Assembly (NCBI GenBank): GCA_964016885.1
Contig: OZ024742.1
Span: 206,460,001 to 206,524,000 of the forward strand
Reading direction: 5' to 3'
Source of the DNA: Eledone cirrhosa
Taxonomy: Eukaryota
Length of the DNA stretch: 64,000 nt
The position numbers were made by a program, and so were the translations under genes. Positions within the stretch are counted from its first letter, which is position 1. Each line of letters begins with the position of its first letter. Of the stretch, positions 26,705 through 42,099 are shown one piece after another. The notes under the pieces were generated by a model. That model had not been told where the DNA came from and searched no databases. It saw only the letters and a list, made by a program, of their open reading frames with translations.

Positions 26705-29497
26705 TATTATACAGATAGATTTTATCCTCATCAGAGGACGTGACAGATAGACGGTCGTAAACACAAAAGCCTTCCCTAGTGAGGAATGTACCTCCCAACA
26801 TAGCTTAGCTGTCAGCGACCTCACGGTCAGAACTAGACGAACCTGGAAGCAGAAGCCAACCTGGAGAAGAAAGATCTGGAAGCTGAAAGACCCCTCGGCC
26901 AGTAACAGATTTAAAGATATTTTACTCAACGCCTACGACAGTAAAGAAGAACAGATAGAGAATTCAATGCAGAAGAGCACTGGGTGTTCCTAAAAAATAA
27001 CTTACTAGAGGCGACGGATGAGGTCTGTGGCTGGAGTAAGACCACAAGCAGGAGGAGAGTGACTTGGTGGTTTAACAATAAGGTAGATGAGGCAGTTAAA
27101 GCCAAGAGACAGGCATGGAAAGAATGGAAGAATGAGGGAAGCAGGGTACATTACATAGAGACCAAGAGGGAAGCTAGGCGACAAGTATACTTAGCTAGGA
27201 GGGAAGCAGAGGATAGAAAATTCAAGCATGTTTTGCAACGTGAGGACCAGAAACAGGAGGTGTTCAAGATTGCGAGGCAGTGTGTCAGATATAATTGTGA
27301 TGTCATTGGAGAGAAGTGTATCCGAAATGATAAAGGTGAGCTTGCCCTCACAAGTGCTGAGAAGAAAGATGCATGGAAGAGCCATTATGATAGATTACTA
27401 AATGAGGAGAATGCATGGGAAGAAGAGACCCTACCCCAAGTAGACCCTATAGAGGGGCCAGCAGTACAAGTCAGCAGCAGCGTAGTAAGTAAGGCAATCA
27501 ACGATATGAAGATGGGGAAGGCAACCGGTCCATCGGGTATAGCTGCCGAGATGCTGAAGGCATCTTGGTCTGTAGGTCACACTATAACCAGACGTATTGT
27601 TAACCAGGTAATGCTAGAAGGTGTCATACCAAAAGATTGGTGCAGTAGCATCATTGTCAACTGCTACAAAGGTAAAGGTGATGCACAAGATAGAGGAAAC
27701 TATAGCGGTATAAAGCTGATGGACCAGCTCATGAAAGTAACAGAAAGAGTTATAGCACAGTTGATTAGGGACCGGGTGAAACTAGATGAGATGTAATTTG
27801 GGTTTGTACCAGGAAGAGGCACCACAGATGCCCTCTTCCTTGTGAGGCAGTTACAGGAAAAGTTCCTAGCTAAAAGTAAGCCACTCTACCTGGCATTCGT
27901 CGATCTCGAGAAAGCCTTTGACAGAGTTCCACGAGCTATAATCAGGTGGGCTCTTAGAAAACTAGGAGTAGATGAATGGCTTGTGAAAGCTGTACAAGCC
28001 ATGTATGGGGAGCAGTCAGCAAAGTTAGGATTAGCAATGAGTATAGCGAGGAATTTAGTGTACAGGTTGGTGTCCACTAGGGCTCTGTCCATAGCCCTCT
28101 CCTGTTCATCATAGTCCTGCAGGCAATAACGGAGGAGTTTAAGACCGGATGCCCATGGGAACTCCTGTATGCAGATGACCTCGCACTTATAGCTGAATCT
28201 ATGGTAGAACTAGAGAAGAAATTCCAAACTTGGAAGCAGGGACTAGAAAGAAAGGGTCTCAAAGTCAACATGACAAAGACTAAGGTCCTTGTAAGTAGAC
28301 GAGATAACAGAACCCAGATCCCCTCAGGGAAATGGCCTTGCTCAGTATGTAGGAAAGGTGTAGGTAGGAACTCCATTATCTGCCCCAAATGCAAACAATG
28401 GGTACACAAGAGATATAGCAGGATCTCAGGAAGCTTAACTAAGAATGTATGCTTCACATGTAGCAGCTGGGCTGGGACAGCAAGCAGCAAACAGCCACAG
28501 GAAACAAGTACCATCAAACTCTGGGAGGGCTCTGTAGAAAGAGTAGACAGCTTCTGCTACCTAGGTAACCGAATTAGCAGCGGAGGTGGGTGTTCAGAAA
28601 GTACAATAACTAGGGTAAGAACGGGATGGAAGAATTTCAGGGCACTACTGCCACTGCTAGCTGCAAAAGGCTTCTCCCTCAAAATGAAAGGCAGACTGTA
28701 TGATCCGTGTATCCGAACAGCAATGTTACATGGTAGTGAGACCTGGGCGCTGAAGGTGGAAGACTTACGTAAATTAGAAAGAAACGAAGCCTGCATGCTC
28801 CGATGGATGTGTAATAGTAATATATGCGAACGGCAAAGCATAAATGAATTGAGAGAGACTGAGTATCAGAGGAATCAAATGCTGTGTGCAGGAGAGGCGG
28901 ATGCGTTGGTATGGACATATGATGCGTATGAAGGATGACAGCTGCATAAAAAGGTGCAGAGCACTAGTAGTCAATGGAAGCCGCGGAGTGGGGAGACCCA
29001 AGAAGACCTGGGATGAAGTGTTAGGGTCCGACCTTATCCAGTTGCACCTCTCAAAGGCGATGACAAACGACCGTGACCTCTGGCGTCACGCAGTAATACA
29101 GAGTACCCGACCTCCCATGCGTACAAGCTGAAGCATATAGACAATATGGACCCACACCCTCCCACTGATAATTGGTCGTGGAGGTGCCACGGCAAAAAAG
29201 CACCCAGCCCATACTGTAAAATGAACGTGTAGACGCCACGGAAAAAAAGCACCCAGCACTCACTGTAAAGTGGACGTGTAGACGCCACGGAAAAAAAGCA
29301 CCCAGCACTCACTGTAAATGAGGTTGGTGTTAGGAAGGGCATCCAGCTGTAGACATCATGCCAGAATCAGTTCATGTATGAGCAAGGTATGGTCAGCCGA
29401 CCAGACACTGCCCACAACGGGACAACCCGTCTAACCCATGCTAGCATGGAAGAACGGACGTAAAACGGTGATGATGATGATGATGATGATGATTATG
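26705..29497 (+). mobile_element. RTE LINE, 5'-truncated with a disrupted ORF, intact 3' UTR and (GAT)n tail
   Basis: APE end (IDFIL), GKATGPSG, FVDLEKAFDRVP, LLYADDL, a PHD-like Cys cluster, FCYLG and RGVGRPKKTW. Stops and frameshifts are present. Confidence 0.95.
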
Positions 29498-29646
29498 ATG
29501 ATATATATATATTTCAGTATGTTCTATTGCCTGTATATCAAAATATTCCCAACTGAAACCATCCACACCCATATGAGCATACCTACGCCCCTCCCCCATC
29601 CCCACATATATCATTGTTTAACGTTCACTTTCCCAGCTAGCAAATG

Positions 29647-29700
<54 letters not shown>

Positions 29701-29863
29701 AATTCATATCCACAAACATATATATAATTTATGTTGGCTTTATACTGATGTCCATTTCAATTAAGAGAAAAAGTACTCAATATGTTTATAAATACATATA
29801 TTATGCAATAACTAAAATAGCCCCGAGGGGTTGGTTACAATGCTGCAAACATGAAAACAATAC

Positions 29864-30018
29864 TTGTTTCTACTTTTATCACAAGGCATGCATTTATCCC
29901 ACTGCATTACTGGTACTTTATTTTATCGATCCTGTAAGGATGAAAAGCAAAGGGATTTGAACTCAGACCATAAAGGGCTGTAACTCTATGCTGCAAAGCA
30001 TGGCGTCCAACCCTCCAC
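29864..30018 (-). mobile_element. SINE family A with TSD
   Basis: TSD CAAACATGAAAACAATA at 29846 and 30019. Confidence 0.85.
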
Positions 30019-30419
30019 CAAACATGAAAACAATAATACCAGCCAATGTAATAAGTTCAAATTTCATAACCAAGGGAAAAATGCATAGAAAAATGGTTTA
30101 ATTGTATTGATTACTCTCAATAGTAAATTTTAGCTGAAAGCAAAAATCTTCCTGTTATTCCCAAATGAACAGAGGAATCCAGTGTGAGGAAGCTATATGG
30201 GCATAGGCACAATTATGTGGTTATGAATTTTACTTTACAACTAGATGACTCTGGGTTTGATACTACAGTACAGCACATTGGGAAACTATTTTCCATATTA
30301 AACTCAGCTCAACTTGTGCATAGAATTCAGAAAATGGAAACATTATGGAAGCTCATTGTGTGTGTGTGTATATATATATATCGATCGACTTTCATCAATT
30401 CGGACCGAGGAAACAATTT

Positions 30420-30677
30420 TTGTTAAGAGGTGCCTACTGACTGTAGGTTTCGCCTTGTACTTAGGCAAGGCGGGTCTTCTGTATTACTGTGTAGCGCCAA
30501 AGATCTCGGTCCAGTGACATTGTCTTGGAGAGGAGTAAGTGTGTGAGGTCGGAATTTATCAAGTCGTCCCAGGTTTTTCTGGGTCTGCCTACTCCGTGGC
30601 TACCATCTATTTTTATCGCCCTACACTTTTTTTTATACAGCTGTCGTCTTTCATGCGCATCACTTGACCATACCAAC
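30420..30677 (-). mobile_element. RTE C-terminal fragment
   Basis: [23 protein letters not shown]. Confidence 0.85.
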
Positions 30678-30702
30678 GTATATATATATATATATATGTG
30701 TG

Positions 30703-31345
<643 letters not shown>

Positions 31346-31454
31346 TATATTTATATATGTATAAAATACAAAGTTTGTTTTATAAATATTGACATATCCA
31401 GGAAGGGGATCTTAATGGTTCAAGTTTTTCCTGGATAGTAAATATATATATATC

Positions 31455-31785
31455 ATCATCATCATCATCATTTTACGTCCGCTTTTCCCTGCTTGCAAGG
31501 GTGGGACGGGAACTGATTCTGGCTTGATTTCTACAGCTGGATGCTCTTCCTAACACCAACCTCATTTACAGTGAGTGCTGGATGCTTTTTTGCCGTGGCA
31601 CCTCCACGGCCACTTTGCAGTGGAATGATATGGACCAGTCTCTATCATCTCATTTCTACAACTGAGTAAACTGGAGCAATGTGAAATAAAGTGTCTTGCT
31701 CAAGGAAACAACACATCACCCGGCCTGAGAATTGAATTCACAACCTTTCGATTGCAAGGCCAATGCTCTAACCACTAAGCCTCCA
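31455..31785 (-). mobile_element. CORE-like SINE with RTE tail
   Basis: Highly similar to 2715-3050, with a (GAT)n tail. Confidence 0.85.
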
Positions 31786-32039
31786 TATATATATATACAT
31801 ATATATACATATATATATATATACATATATATATAAGTATTGAAGTTTCCGTTGAAAATTGAAAAAGTTATATGAGTGAAGAGTGCTCTATGTAAGTTAC
31901 AGAGCTAAATTTAATGTATAATAAACAATACAATATAATTACCTCATTACCAGAGGCTTCCCGAATAAGACGAATACAAGAAACGTCCTCATTCGTTCGT
32001 GAGACAAGGCAATTTAAAACATAGTGAAATATTTATAAA

Positions 32040-34446
32040 AGGGAGGTTCTATGAGTCGCTAATGCACACTACCTCCCAAATAAGCAACAGGGACAACTTA
32101 ATTATTGCTGGCGCCGCAAATGGTCACATTGGACAACATAGTGATGGCTATGACGGAATCCACGGAGGGCATGGGTTTGGTACTAAAAATGAGGAAGGCT
32201 TCAGAATCCTGGAATTCTGTGACGCTAATAACCTAACTATTTGTAACACAAACTTCAAAAAACAAGACAATTTCTTGATCACCTATAAATCAGGGGAACA
32301 TGCCAGCCAGATAGATTATATCCTTACTGGAAGACGTGACGAGAGACTACTAAACGAGGAGGAGAATAAATGGGAAAAAGATAGTCTGCCCCAAATCGAT
32401 CCAATAGAGGGACCAGCGGTGCAAGTTAGTGGCTGTATAATAAGTAAGTCAATCAAAGATATGAAGACAGGCAAGATGGCTGGTCCTTCGGAGATAGTTG
32501 CTGAGATGTTGAAAGCATCTGGAATGATGGGACATACTATAGTCAAACGGATAGTAAATCAAGTAATACGGAATGGGGTCATAACAAAGGACTGGCGTAG
32601 CAGCATCATTGTTAACTGCTACAAGGGTAAAGGGGTTGCTCTAAATAGGGGAAACAATAGAAGCGTTAAGTTAGTTGACCAGGTCATGAAAGTCACAGAA
32701 AGAGTTATTGCACAACTAATCAGAGATCGAATTGATCTAGATGAAATGCAGTTTGGCTTTGTGTCAGGTAAAAATACCACAGATGCTCTTTTCCTTGTAC
32801 GACAACTACAGGAGAAGTACCTAGCTAAAAGTAAACCCCTTTACTTAGCTTTTGTTGACTTGGAGAAAGCCTTTGACAGAGTCCCCCGCTCCATTATCTG
32901 GTAATCCCTTAGAGTAGATGAATGGCTTGTGAGAGCTATACAAGCCATGTATAAAGATACAGTCAGTAAGGTTAGAATTAACAATGAATGTAGTGAAGAA
33001 TTTAGCGTAAAAGTCGGTGTTCATCAAGGCTCCGCCCTTAGCCCCTTCCTGTTTATTAAGCTATAACAGCTATAACAGAAGAGTTTAAGACTGGCTGCCC
33101 ATGGGAACTTCTATATGACCTAATGGTCATAGATGAATCTGTGGCTGAACTACAGAAGAAATTTGAAGCATGGAAGCATGGCCTAGAATCAAAAGGCCTT
33201 AAAGTTAACTTGTCTAAGACTAAAGTTCTAGTATGTAGAAAGAAAAATAGGGCACAGGTGCCATGCAAAGTATGTAGGAAAGTAGTAGGTATAAATTCCA
33301 TTCTATGTCCCAAATGCAAACTATGGTTACTTAAAAGATGTAGTGGGATCACAGGTAAGCTATCTAAGAACGTAGATTTTATATGTGGCCGATGCTCAGG
33401 TGCAATAAATAGCAAGTGCACACAGGATACTAGCTCCTTCTACTGCCCAGAGGGTGCCATAGAAATAGTGGACACTTTCCGTTACCTGGGTGACAAAATC
33501 AGTAGTGGTGGTGGGTGTTCTGAAAGTACAGTAGCCAGAGTTAGAACGGAATGGAAAAAATTCAGAGAGCTTATAACACTGTTGGCCACAAAAGGTTTCT
33601 CTCTGAAAATGAAAGGCAGATTGTATGATGCTTGTATACAAACAGCAATGTTACATGGCAGTGATACATGGGCACTGTGTGCAAGGGACCTGCGCAGACT
33701 GGAAAGGAACGAGGCATGCATGCTCCATTGGATGTGTAATAGTAATATACGTGAACGGCAAAGCATAAACGAACTAAGTGAGAAATTAGGAATAAGAGGG
33801 ATCAGATGCTGTTTACCCGAGAGAAGATTACATTGGTATGGTCACGTGATGCGCATGAAAAATGACAGCTGTATAAAAAAGTGCAAGGCAATCAAAATTG
33901 ATGGAAGTTACGGAGTAGGTAGACCCAGAAAAACCTGGGACGACATGATAAAGTCCGACCTTGCACACTTATACCTCTCTAAGACAATGTCACTGGATTG
34001 AGATCTTTGGCCCCACGCAGTAATACAGAAGACCCGCCTTCCCTACATGCAAGGTTAACCTACAGTCAGAATGCCCCTCCAAACCAAACATACACTCCAA
34101 CCCACTACCCCTACTCTACCCTCCCACTCCTTCCAACCCCACCCTTTCCCTATAAAGCTATGTTGGTATCACAACATCCAGTCCAAACTAATGAGGTTGT
34201 GTAGGTGTCACGACAAAAAAAAAAAAACATACACCCACGCTGTAATGTGGCCGTGTAGGTAACACGGTAAAAAGTTCCCAGTCCACACAGTAAATGTGGT
34301 TGGTGTTAGAAAAAGCATCCAGCCGTAGAAAACCTGCCAGATAGTCCTATACGAGCGAGGCACGGTCACCCGACCAATCTTGCCTCAAGTGGGACAACTC
34401 CCGTCTAACCCATGCTAACGTGGAAGATAGACGTTAAACGATGATA

Positions 34447-34480
<34 letters not shown>
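32040..34480 (+). mobile_element. RTE LINE with internal deletion between APE and RT
   Basis: APE (NGHIG, IDYIL) is joined directly to RLLNEEENKWE at about 32340. RT motifs, 3' UTR and (GAT)n tail follow. Confidence 0.93.
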
Positions 34481-34482
<2 letters not shown>

Positions 34483-34489
34483 ATATACA

Positions 34490-37045
34490 CTTGGAGGAGA
34501 CGAGTATGGAAGTTAAAAGACCGCTCAAACAGTGATAAATATAGAAGTATGTAAACTGATGCCTTCGACAGCAAGGAAGAGCAAATAGAGACATACGATA
34601 TAGAGGAGCAGTGGGATTTATTGAAAGATAACCTACTGAAGGTGACAGATGAAATCTGTGGTTGGAGTAGGTCTCTAGGGAGACGGAGAGTGACTTGGTG
34701 ATGGAATAGTAAGGTAGATGAGACAATTAAGGCCGAAAGTCAGACTTGGAAAGATTGCCGTAATGGGGGTAGCAGGGAAGTTTACCAGAAGGCTAGGAGA
34801 GAGGCTAGGTGACAGGCTTACCTCGTTAGAAGGGAAGCAGAAACGAAAAATTTAAGCATGTTTTGCAGCATGAGGATCAAAGACCTGAGGTGTTCAGAAT
34901 CTCTAGACAGTCTGTCATGGAAAATTGTGATATTGGTGGAGAGAAGTCGGTCAGAAATTACTTTGGTGAACTTGCTCTCACTGACGCTGAAAAGAAGGTA
35001 GCATGGAAGTGCCACTACGAAAGATAACTGAATGAGGAGAATGCATGGGATAAAGATGTCGACCCAACAGAGGTAGTAAGGCAATCAAGGATATGAAGTC
35101 AGGCAGGGCAGCTGGCCTCTCAGGGATAGTTGTTAAGATGCTGAAAACTTCAGGTATGGTGGGCCACACCATAGTCTCCCACATTGTAAACCAAGTCATA
35201 CAAAATGGTGTTATACCCAATTACTGGTGTAGCATCATCATCGTAATCTGCTACAAGGGCAAAGGAGATGCCCTAGATAGAGAAAACTATAGAGGCATTA
35301 AGTTGGTTGACCAGGTTATGACGGTCACTGAAAGAGTCTTAGCTCAGCTGATTAGAGAACGTGTTAACATAGATGAGATGCAATTTGGATTTGTCCCAGG
35401 TAAGAGTACCACAAATACCCTCTTCCTTGTAAGATAACTGCAGCAGAAGTACCTTGCTAAGAGTAAGCCCCTCTACCTGGCTTTTGTCGACCTTAAGAAA
35501 ACTTTTGACAGAGTCCCCCGTTCCATTATCTGGTGGGCTCTTAGGAAACTAGGAGTTGATGAATGGCTTGTCAGGGCAATTGAAGCAATGTATAGACGAA
35601 CAGCCAGTAAGGTTAGAATTAACAATGAGTATAGTGAAGAATTTAGCATGCAGGTTGGTGTCCATCAAGGCTCTGCTCTTAGCCATCTTCTGATTATTAT
35701 CATTCTACAGGCAATAATGGAGGAGTTTAAGACCAGCTGCCCATGGGAACTTCTGTATGCTGATGACTTAACCCTTATAGCCGAATCTATAGCTGAACTA
35801 GAGATGAAATTCCAAACCTGGAAGCAAGGCCTAGAATCTAAAGATCTTAAAGTTAACCTGGCAAAGACTAAAGTCCTAGTAAGTAGAAGGGATAACAGGG
35901 CCTGGCTCAGTGTGCAGAAAAGGAGTAGGTAGAAATTCCATTCTATGTACCACATGCAAGCAATGGGTACACAAGAGATGTAGTGGGATCTCAGGCAGGC
36001 TAACAAAGAATGTAGGTTTTACTTGTAGCAGGTGCACAGTGGCAGTAAGTAACAAGAACCCTCAGGATACAACCACCTTCAAATGCTCGGAGGGCTTTGT
36101 TGAAGTGGTAGATAGTTTCCATTACCTGGTTAGCCAAATCTGTAGTGGGGGAGGCTGTTCCGAAAGCAGAATAACCAGAGTGAGATTGGGTTGGACAAAA
36201 TTCAGGGAGTTACTACCATTATTGACTACAAAAGTTTTTTTTCTCAAAATGAAAGGCAGACTGTATGATGCATGTATATGAACAACAATGTGTGCTGAGG
36301 AGCTGCGAAGATTGGAACAAAATGAAGTCTCCATACTTCACTGGATGTGCAATAGCCGTACACGTGAACGGCAAAGTATAAATACACTGCATGAGAAATT
36401 AAGCATAAGAGGGACCAGTTGTTGCATGCTGAAGAGGAGATTGCATTAGTATGGGCATGTGATGTGTACGAAGGATGACAGCTGTATAATAAGGTGCAGA
36501 GCGCTCAAAGTCGATGGCAGCCGTGGTGTGGGCAGGCCTAGGAAGACTTGGGATGAGGTAATAAAAGCTGACCTGGCACAATTACACCTCTCAAAGCCAA
36601 TGACACAGAACCACGATCTCTGGTGCTAAGCAGTTTTACAGAAGACCCACCATCTATTATTCTCAGGATGTGGCTTATACTTTGTAGGCAACACCTTCCT
36701 CAACCTTCTATCCCCTCTCATTCACCTCACTTAGCGATAACCATACCTCCCCTACTACCTTGTCCACATTTTCCCCCAAGCTTCACTCCCCCTCCCTAGT
36801 GCCTAGACAAAAGTGCCCAGTCCACACTGTAAAGTGGTTGGGTAGGTGACACAACAAAATGTGCCCAGTCCACACTGTAATGTAGTCGTGTAGGTGACAC
36901 GACAAAAAGCAACCAGCACACAGTGTAAATGTGGTTGGCAGTAGGAAGGGCACCCACCTGTAGAGACCAAGCCAAAATCTGCCTCGGGTGAGCTAACGAA
37001 TGGTCAATCCGTCCAACCCACAAATGATGGACGCTAATCAATAAG
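34490..37045 (+). mobile_element. Decayed RTE LINE
   Basis: YRGIKLVD, QFGFVPG, GVHQGS, LLYADDL and RTE 3' UTR. Confidence 0.93.
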
Positions 37046-37199
37046 GTTAATGATATATTTGTGTGTGTATATATATGAAGTGTGTATAATAATTGTATGT
37101 ATATTACATATATGGTATATATATGTATATATATATGCACGCAAATATATATGCGTGTATATAATTATCATGATATGTACATGTATATATATGTATATT

Positions 37200-38112
37200 A
37201 TGCTGGTACCACAAAACATCTAGTCCACACTGTAAAGTGATCATGTAGGTGTCACGACAAAAAGCACCCAACCCACTCTGTAAATTGGACGTGTAAAAGA
37301 CACAGCAAAACGCACCCAGCACACACAGTAAATCTGGTTGCCGTTAGGAAGAGTATGCAGCCACTGAAAACCAGCCAGAAACTATTCTATATGAGTGAGA
37401 CACGGTCACCCAACCCAACTTGCCTCTAAATGGAACAAAACCATCTAACCCATGCTAGCGTGGAAGATAGACGTTAATCGATGATGATGATGATGATGAT
37501 ATATATATATAAACAAACTAAGAGAGAGACTAAGCATAAGAGGTATCAAATGTTGTGTTCTGGAGAGGAGATTGCGTTGTTATGGACATGTGATGCGTAT
37601 GAAGGATGACAACTGTATAAAAAAGTGCAGGGCAATGAAGATTGATAGACCAAGACCTTGGTAGACCAAGAAAAACTTGGGACGTGGTGATAAAAACTTA
37701 CCTTGCCCACCTACACTTCTCTAAGATAATGACACTGGATCGACCTTTGGCGCCATGCAGTTGTACAGAAGACTTGACTACCATTGCATACAAACCTACA
37801 GTCAGTAGGCACCTCTTAACTCAATGTACACCCTACCCCATCCTCCTTCTCCCGTTCCATCCACTGCGTCGATGACACAACAGTCTACACTGTAAGGTGG
37901 CCATGTAGGAGACACGGTGAAAAGGTCCCCAGTCCACACTGTAAACGTGGTAGATGTTAGGAAGGGCATCCAGCTGTAAAAAAAACCTGCCAGAGATGCT
38001 TCCGTGCAAGCGAGACATGGTGTCCCGACCATTCCCACATCAAATAGAACAAAACCGTCTAATCCATGCTAGTGTGTAAGATGGATGTTAAACGATGATG
38101 ATGATGATGATA
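37200..38112 (+). mobile_element. Two short RTE 3' fragments
   Basis: A tail-only copy at about 37200-37500 and a C-terminus plus tail copy at about 37510-38112, each ending in (GAT)n. Confidence 0.85.
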
Positions 38113-40129
38113 TGGTAAACAGACATAAATTAGTGACTACATATATCATCATCATATATATATATACACATATAATATATTTTTCTGAATTTTGGTGAAA
38201 AAAACCCCACTGCTCTATGAATTAAATACCCCGAGTTACAGACACCCCTTTCAACATCAGAAATATAATGAACCAATAAGTAGCTCATTGTAAATCTGTA
38301 ACCAATGATGCTATAGTTCCTAAATTGAGAAATAATAATAATGGATAAAAAGAAATACATGTGGCAAGAGAGTTAATTACTGAACAGTGCTGCTGTTTGA
38401 AGGTAGCAGAGATATAGATAGATCAGAGTCATGTGGTGTAAGGTAATTAGATATATGATCCTAGAGAACTAAAACCTGCAGTAGTGTTATGAAAATCTGA
38501 AAGCAGTTGTAGAATACTAATGCTGTGGATCCATTGTACTGCTTCACTATAAATTGAACTCTTCTTTCATTCCACCCATTCCTGGTGAACTCTATTTTCT
38601 GACTTATGGTACTCTTTAGTATCTTTATTAATCTTCTCAGATCTTTGATAAATTTCATCAATCAGAATTCCACCCTACATTATTATGTTATTATTTAACC
38701 CCGGGTCACCTCTAATTCAGTTGTATTATCATAAAAGGAGTTCTAGACATGACCATCCTATCTATTTTATCTTTTTCAGACAGTGTATCAAGGGTTACAT
38801 TGATTAATTTGTTCTTTGCTTTAAAAGTGTGATTTTAGAGAAATTTGGTTTAAATGTTTGCAGGTCAAACAGTCATGAAGAGACTTCATTCAAATATATC
38901 ATTTATATAGTGAACCATAATCACCATTTAACACCTATTTTCCATGCTTGCATAGGTTAGACAGATTGCCATGTTCTGAGGCTAAATATGTCAGGTAACC
39001 ACGTCTTGCTCTAACATTCTGTTAGAGCAAGACGTGGTTATGGTTGGATGCTTTTCCCAATGCCAACTGCTTAACAGCATGAATGATATATATAAAACTA
39101 ATACCTGATAGCCATTGAGTAGAATAGATATTGTCTGTAGAAACATTTTCCATGTATGGCAAGGTTTTTCTTTTAATTTCTGTTGTTGTTTAATCCCAAA
39201 TAAACTTCAATCAAAGCCATTCCAGTTACTACTGTCTTGATTTCTTTTCAAACAGTGCATTCAGGAATACATTAAGTAATAAGTTTTATTTTAAGAAATA
39301 GGGAGATTTGGCTGCTATTTGTGGTTGTCAGATAACCATGGTCTGGTTACACTACAAGCTGAGATATGGCATGAGGTTGCCAATAAAATGATACATTTGA
39401 TCACTGTTTTTAACTGTCTTTATTGTGAGTTATGCTATTCAGAGATTTACATTGTAAATCATAAGGATTTCATTTTTAATTGGTTGTGAATGGTTACTAA
39501 ATTTAGAATATTAAGCAGTTATGTGGAAATTCTTTCAACAACTGTTTGTGTAAAAATGTTCTCAAGATGATATTTTGAATTATTTAACATTTTTTTTCCT
39601 TTGTATTGCTGCGTTTGGAAACAATTTTAAAAATAAAGCTGGTATGATTGAAGCTGATAGGCAGTGGCATACAATATATTTCTATTTTTCTTTAAACTAA
39701 TTTAGCCTGTATAGGAGGGGGAATGTCCATGTTATCCTAGAATGAACAAGAGAGACAGTTATAAAAGATTAATATAATTATAGTTCAATTTTAACTCGTG
39801 AAAATCAGAAGCAAGATGGATGTTTTTCAAGAATTAAATGGATTTAGATATTAAGTTGGATTTTTTTTTATATGAATATTAATATTATTTGTGATAATCT
39901 TGGAAGTATATTTTTTCACATTGTGAAATCGATGAAACATTCATGCCATCTTTGAAGAGAATAAAGCAATTTCTTCTTTCAATTTTGAAAAACAAAAAAT
40001 TATAATGTTAGAACTTATTAAACTAATGCAGTGTAATTGTTGTTTTTGTTGTTATTATTGTTGTAATAATATTACCCTGTTATTACAATTGTTCATTTTT
40101 ATCCTGAACACTGTCATCATCATCATTGT

Positions 40130-40520
40130 TGTTGTTATCATTATTACCCTCACCATAACAGAGTTCCATATTGATCATGTCAATTGAATCATGTCTTCTA
40201 AATTACTGACAGTAACATTGTCTCCTCAACTTTTAAGGACCTTTGTGAAGGATTCTTGAAGAATACGGGATGACAGCTTTCTACAACTTTGCTATTCAGG
40301 TCTCAGTTTGAATGTCTTTCAGTGTCTTGAAGGACTGATGTGGTATTTTCTCCAGTGCTCATATGACAACAGAAATAACTCTTGTATAGTTTTACCAGAT
40401 ATTTGGCCAAATTAAGATATTTTAAAATTCTTTTGCTATCATTCTACTGTTATGCTGTATAGCTAAATCTACAATCCTACATGCATTTCTCTTTTCTCTA
40501 TTTTGGTTGCAATTGTACTC
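40130..40520 (-). mobile_element. Degenerate R4/Dong-like RLE LINE 3' fragment
   Basis: Weak minus-strand similarity to the VIGALG..L/KVL C-terminus of the copy at 55500. Confidence 0.5.
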
Positions 40521-40927
40521 TGTTCCTCTATAATATGGTCAGTTTATACAGAGAAATATCTCAGAACCATACTGCAGTTATTTTTAATAACAGCTAATGA
40601 TAATATACCATTTTCAATTCACTTTGAATCCAATTTTCAACCAATCTCATAGTGTATCCTTTTCTCCTAGCCCATCATGTACTCTTTTATATTCTTTTTT
40701 TTTTTTCCCTCTTGCTGAATTTAAACCCTATATGTTTGACAGTTTCATATTTTATCAAACACGTGACACTTAGGATCATATTAGATTATCTCTATTTTTG
40801 TTCAAAGTTAAATCTCTTGTTCTTCCACAAACATGATCAAGATTTTTATTTTCATGGTTTCTATCTTTACTGAAGGAAGTGCTGAGAAATATATTGATAT
40901 TGATGTTTTCCATAGTTATCTCTTTAA

Positions 40928-41260
40928 TAATTGTTTCTACTTTTGGCACAAGGCCAGCAATTATCCCAGTGTATTACTGGTGCTTTATTTTATCGACCCC
41001 GTAAGGATGAAAGGCAAAGTTAACCTCAGTGGAATTTGAACTCTGACCCTCTACCGATACTGCCAATCCACTGCCATCTTTAATAATTGTTTCTACTTTT
41101 GGCACAAAGCCAGAAATTAACCAGTGCATTACTGGTACTTTATTTTACCGACCCTATAAGGATGAAAGGCAAAGTTAACCTCAGCGGGATTTGAACTCAG
41201 AAGATAAAGGTCCGTAACTCTATGCTGCAAAGCATGACGTCCGACACTCTACTGATACTG
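40928..41260 (-). mobile_element. Two stacked SINE family A copies
   Basis: Both match the family consensus. Confidence 0.85.
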
Positions 41261-42099
41261 AATCTTATGCATTCTGCTTAGTTTGTCACAAAGCTCTTTC
41301 TAACCCTACACTTATATTCTTCTTCAAGTTTACTTATAATTTTTACTTGTTTCCCTTCATCATTCTATGTCACACCTATATATTTATAGACTTCAACCAT
41401 CTTTAGATATATTGTTGCTGTTAGGGTAATTCTTTCAGATATTATTGATTTTTCACATTTGTCATGAAATTACACAGCATTATCTCTACTGAAAATTTCA
41501 ACAAAGAGTATCAAAGATTTCCAAATCCTTCTCATGTTTTAAATAATGTTCAATAATTAATTTATAAGGTAGAGTGATCAAAGACATTTATAATAGAAGT
41601 ATGAATAAGGAATCATCATCATCATCATCATCATTATCATCATGATTTTTTCATTGACTTTTCGATAATGGCATGGGTTGGATGAGAATTTTTGAGGAAA
41701 TGTTTTAAAGCTGGATGCCTTTTCTCACACCAACTCATTTAGTTGTTTCTTTTGAGATGCTGGTATATGGTGATGGTGTACCTATTCACATGGCCATCTT
41801 TATGGAAAATAATTTCACCCAGTAATTTTGACCACATGTCTCAAAACTTTAAGACTCAATGAAGTTTTGTATTTTATCTGGAATGCTAGATACTTTCCTA
41901 CATTATATAACATAGAAAATCATTTCATAGGTTTTTTTAGTCATAGACGAATCTTATAAGGTTCTTCCTATTATATTAACATAATATATATAAGGGAAGA
42001 TGAAAGAGGCTAAACTGGCTTAGCAGGAACTTCAATATATATAATGTTTTCATGTTTTTCTCTTTGTTTCTTAGAAAGCAGATTAAATGTTTAAATATA

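Noticed and set aside
29178-29320. CRISPR-like periodic repeats
   Set aside because: These are tandem units without unique spacers, inside a LINE 3' UTR, with no cas genes.
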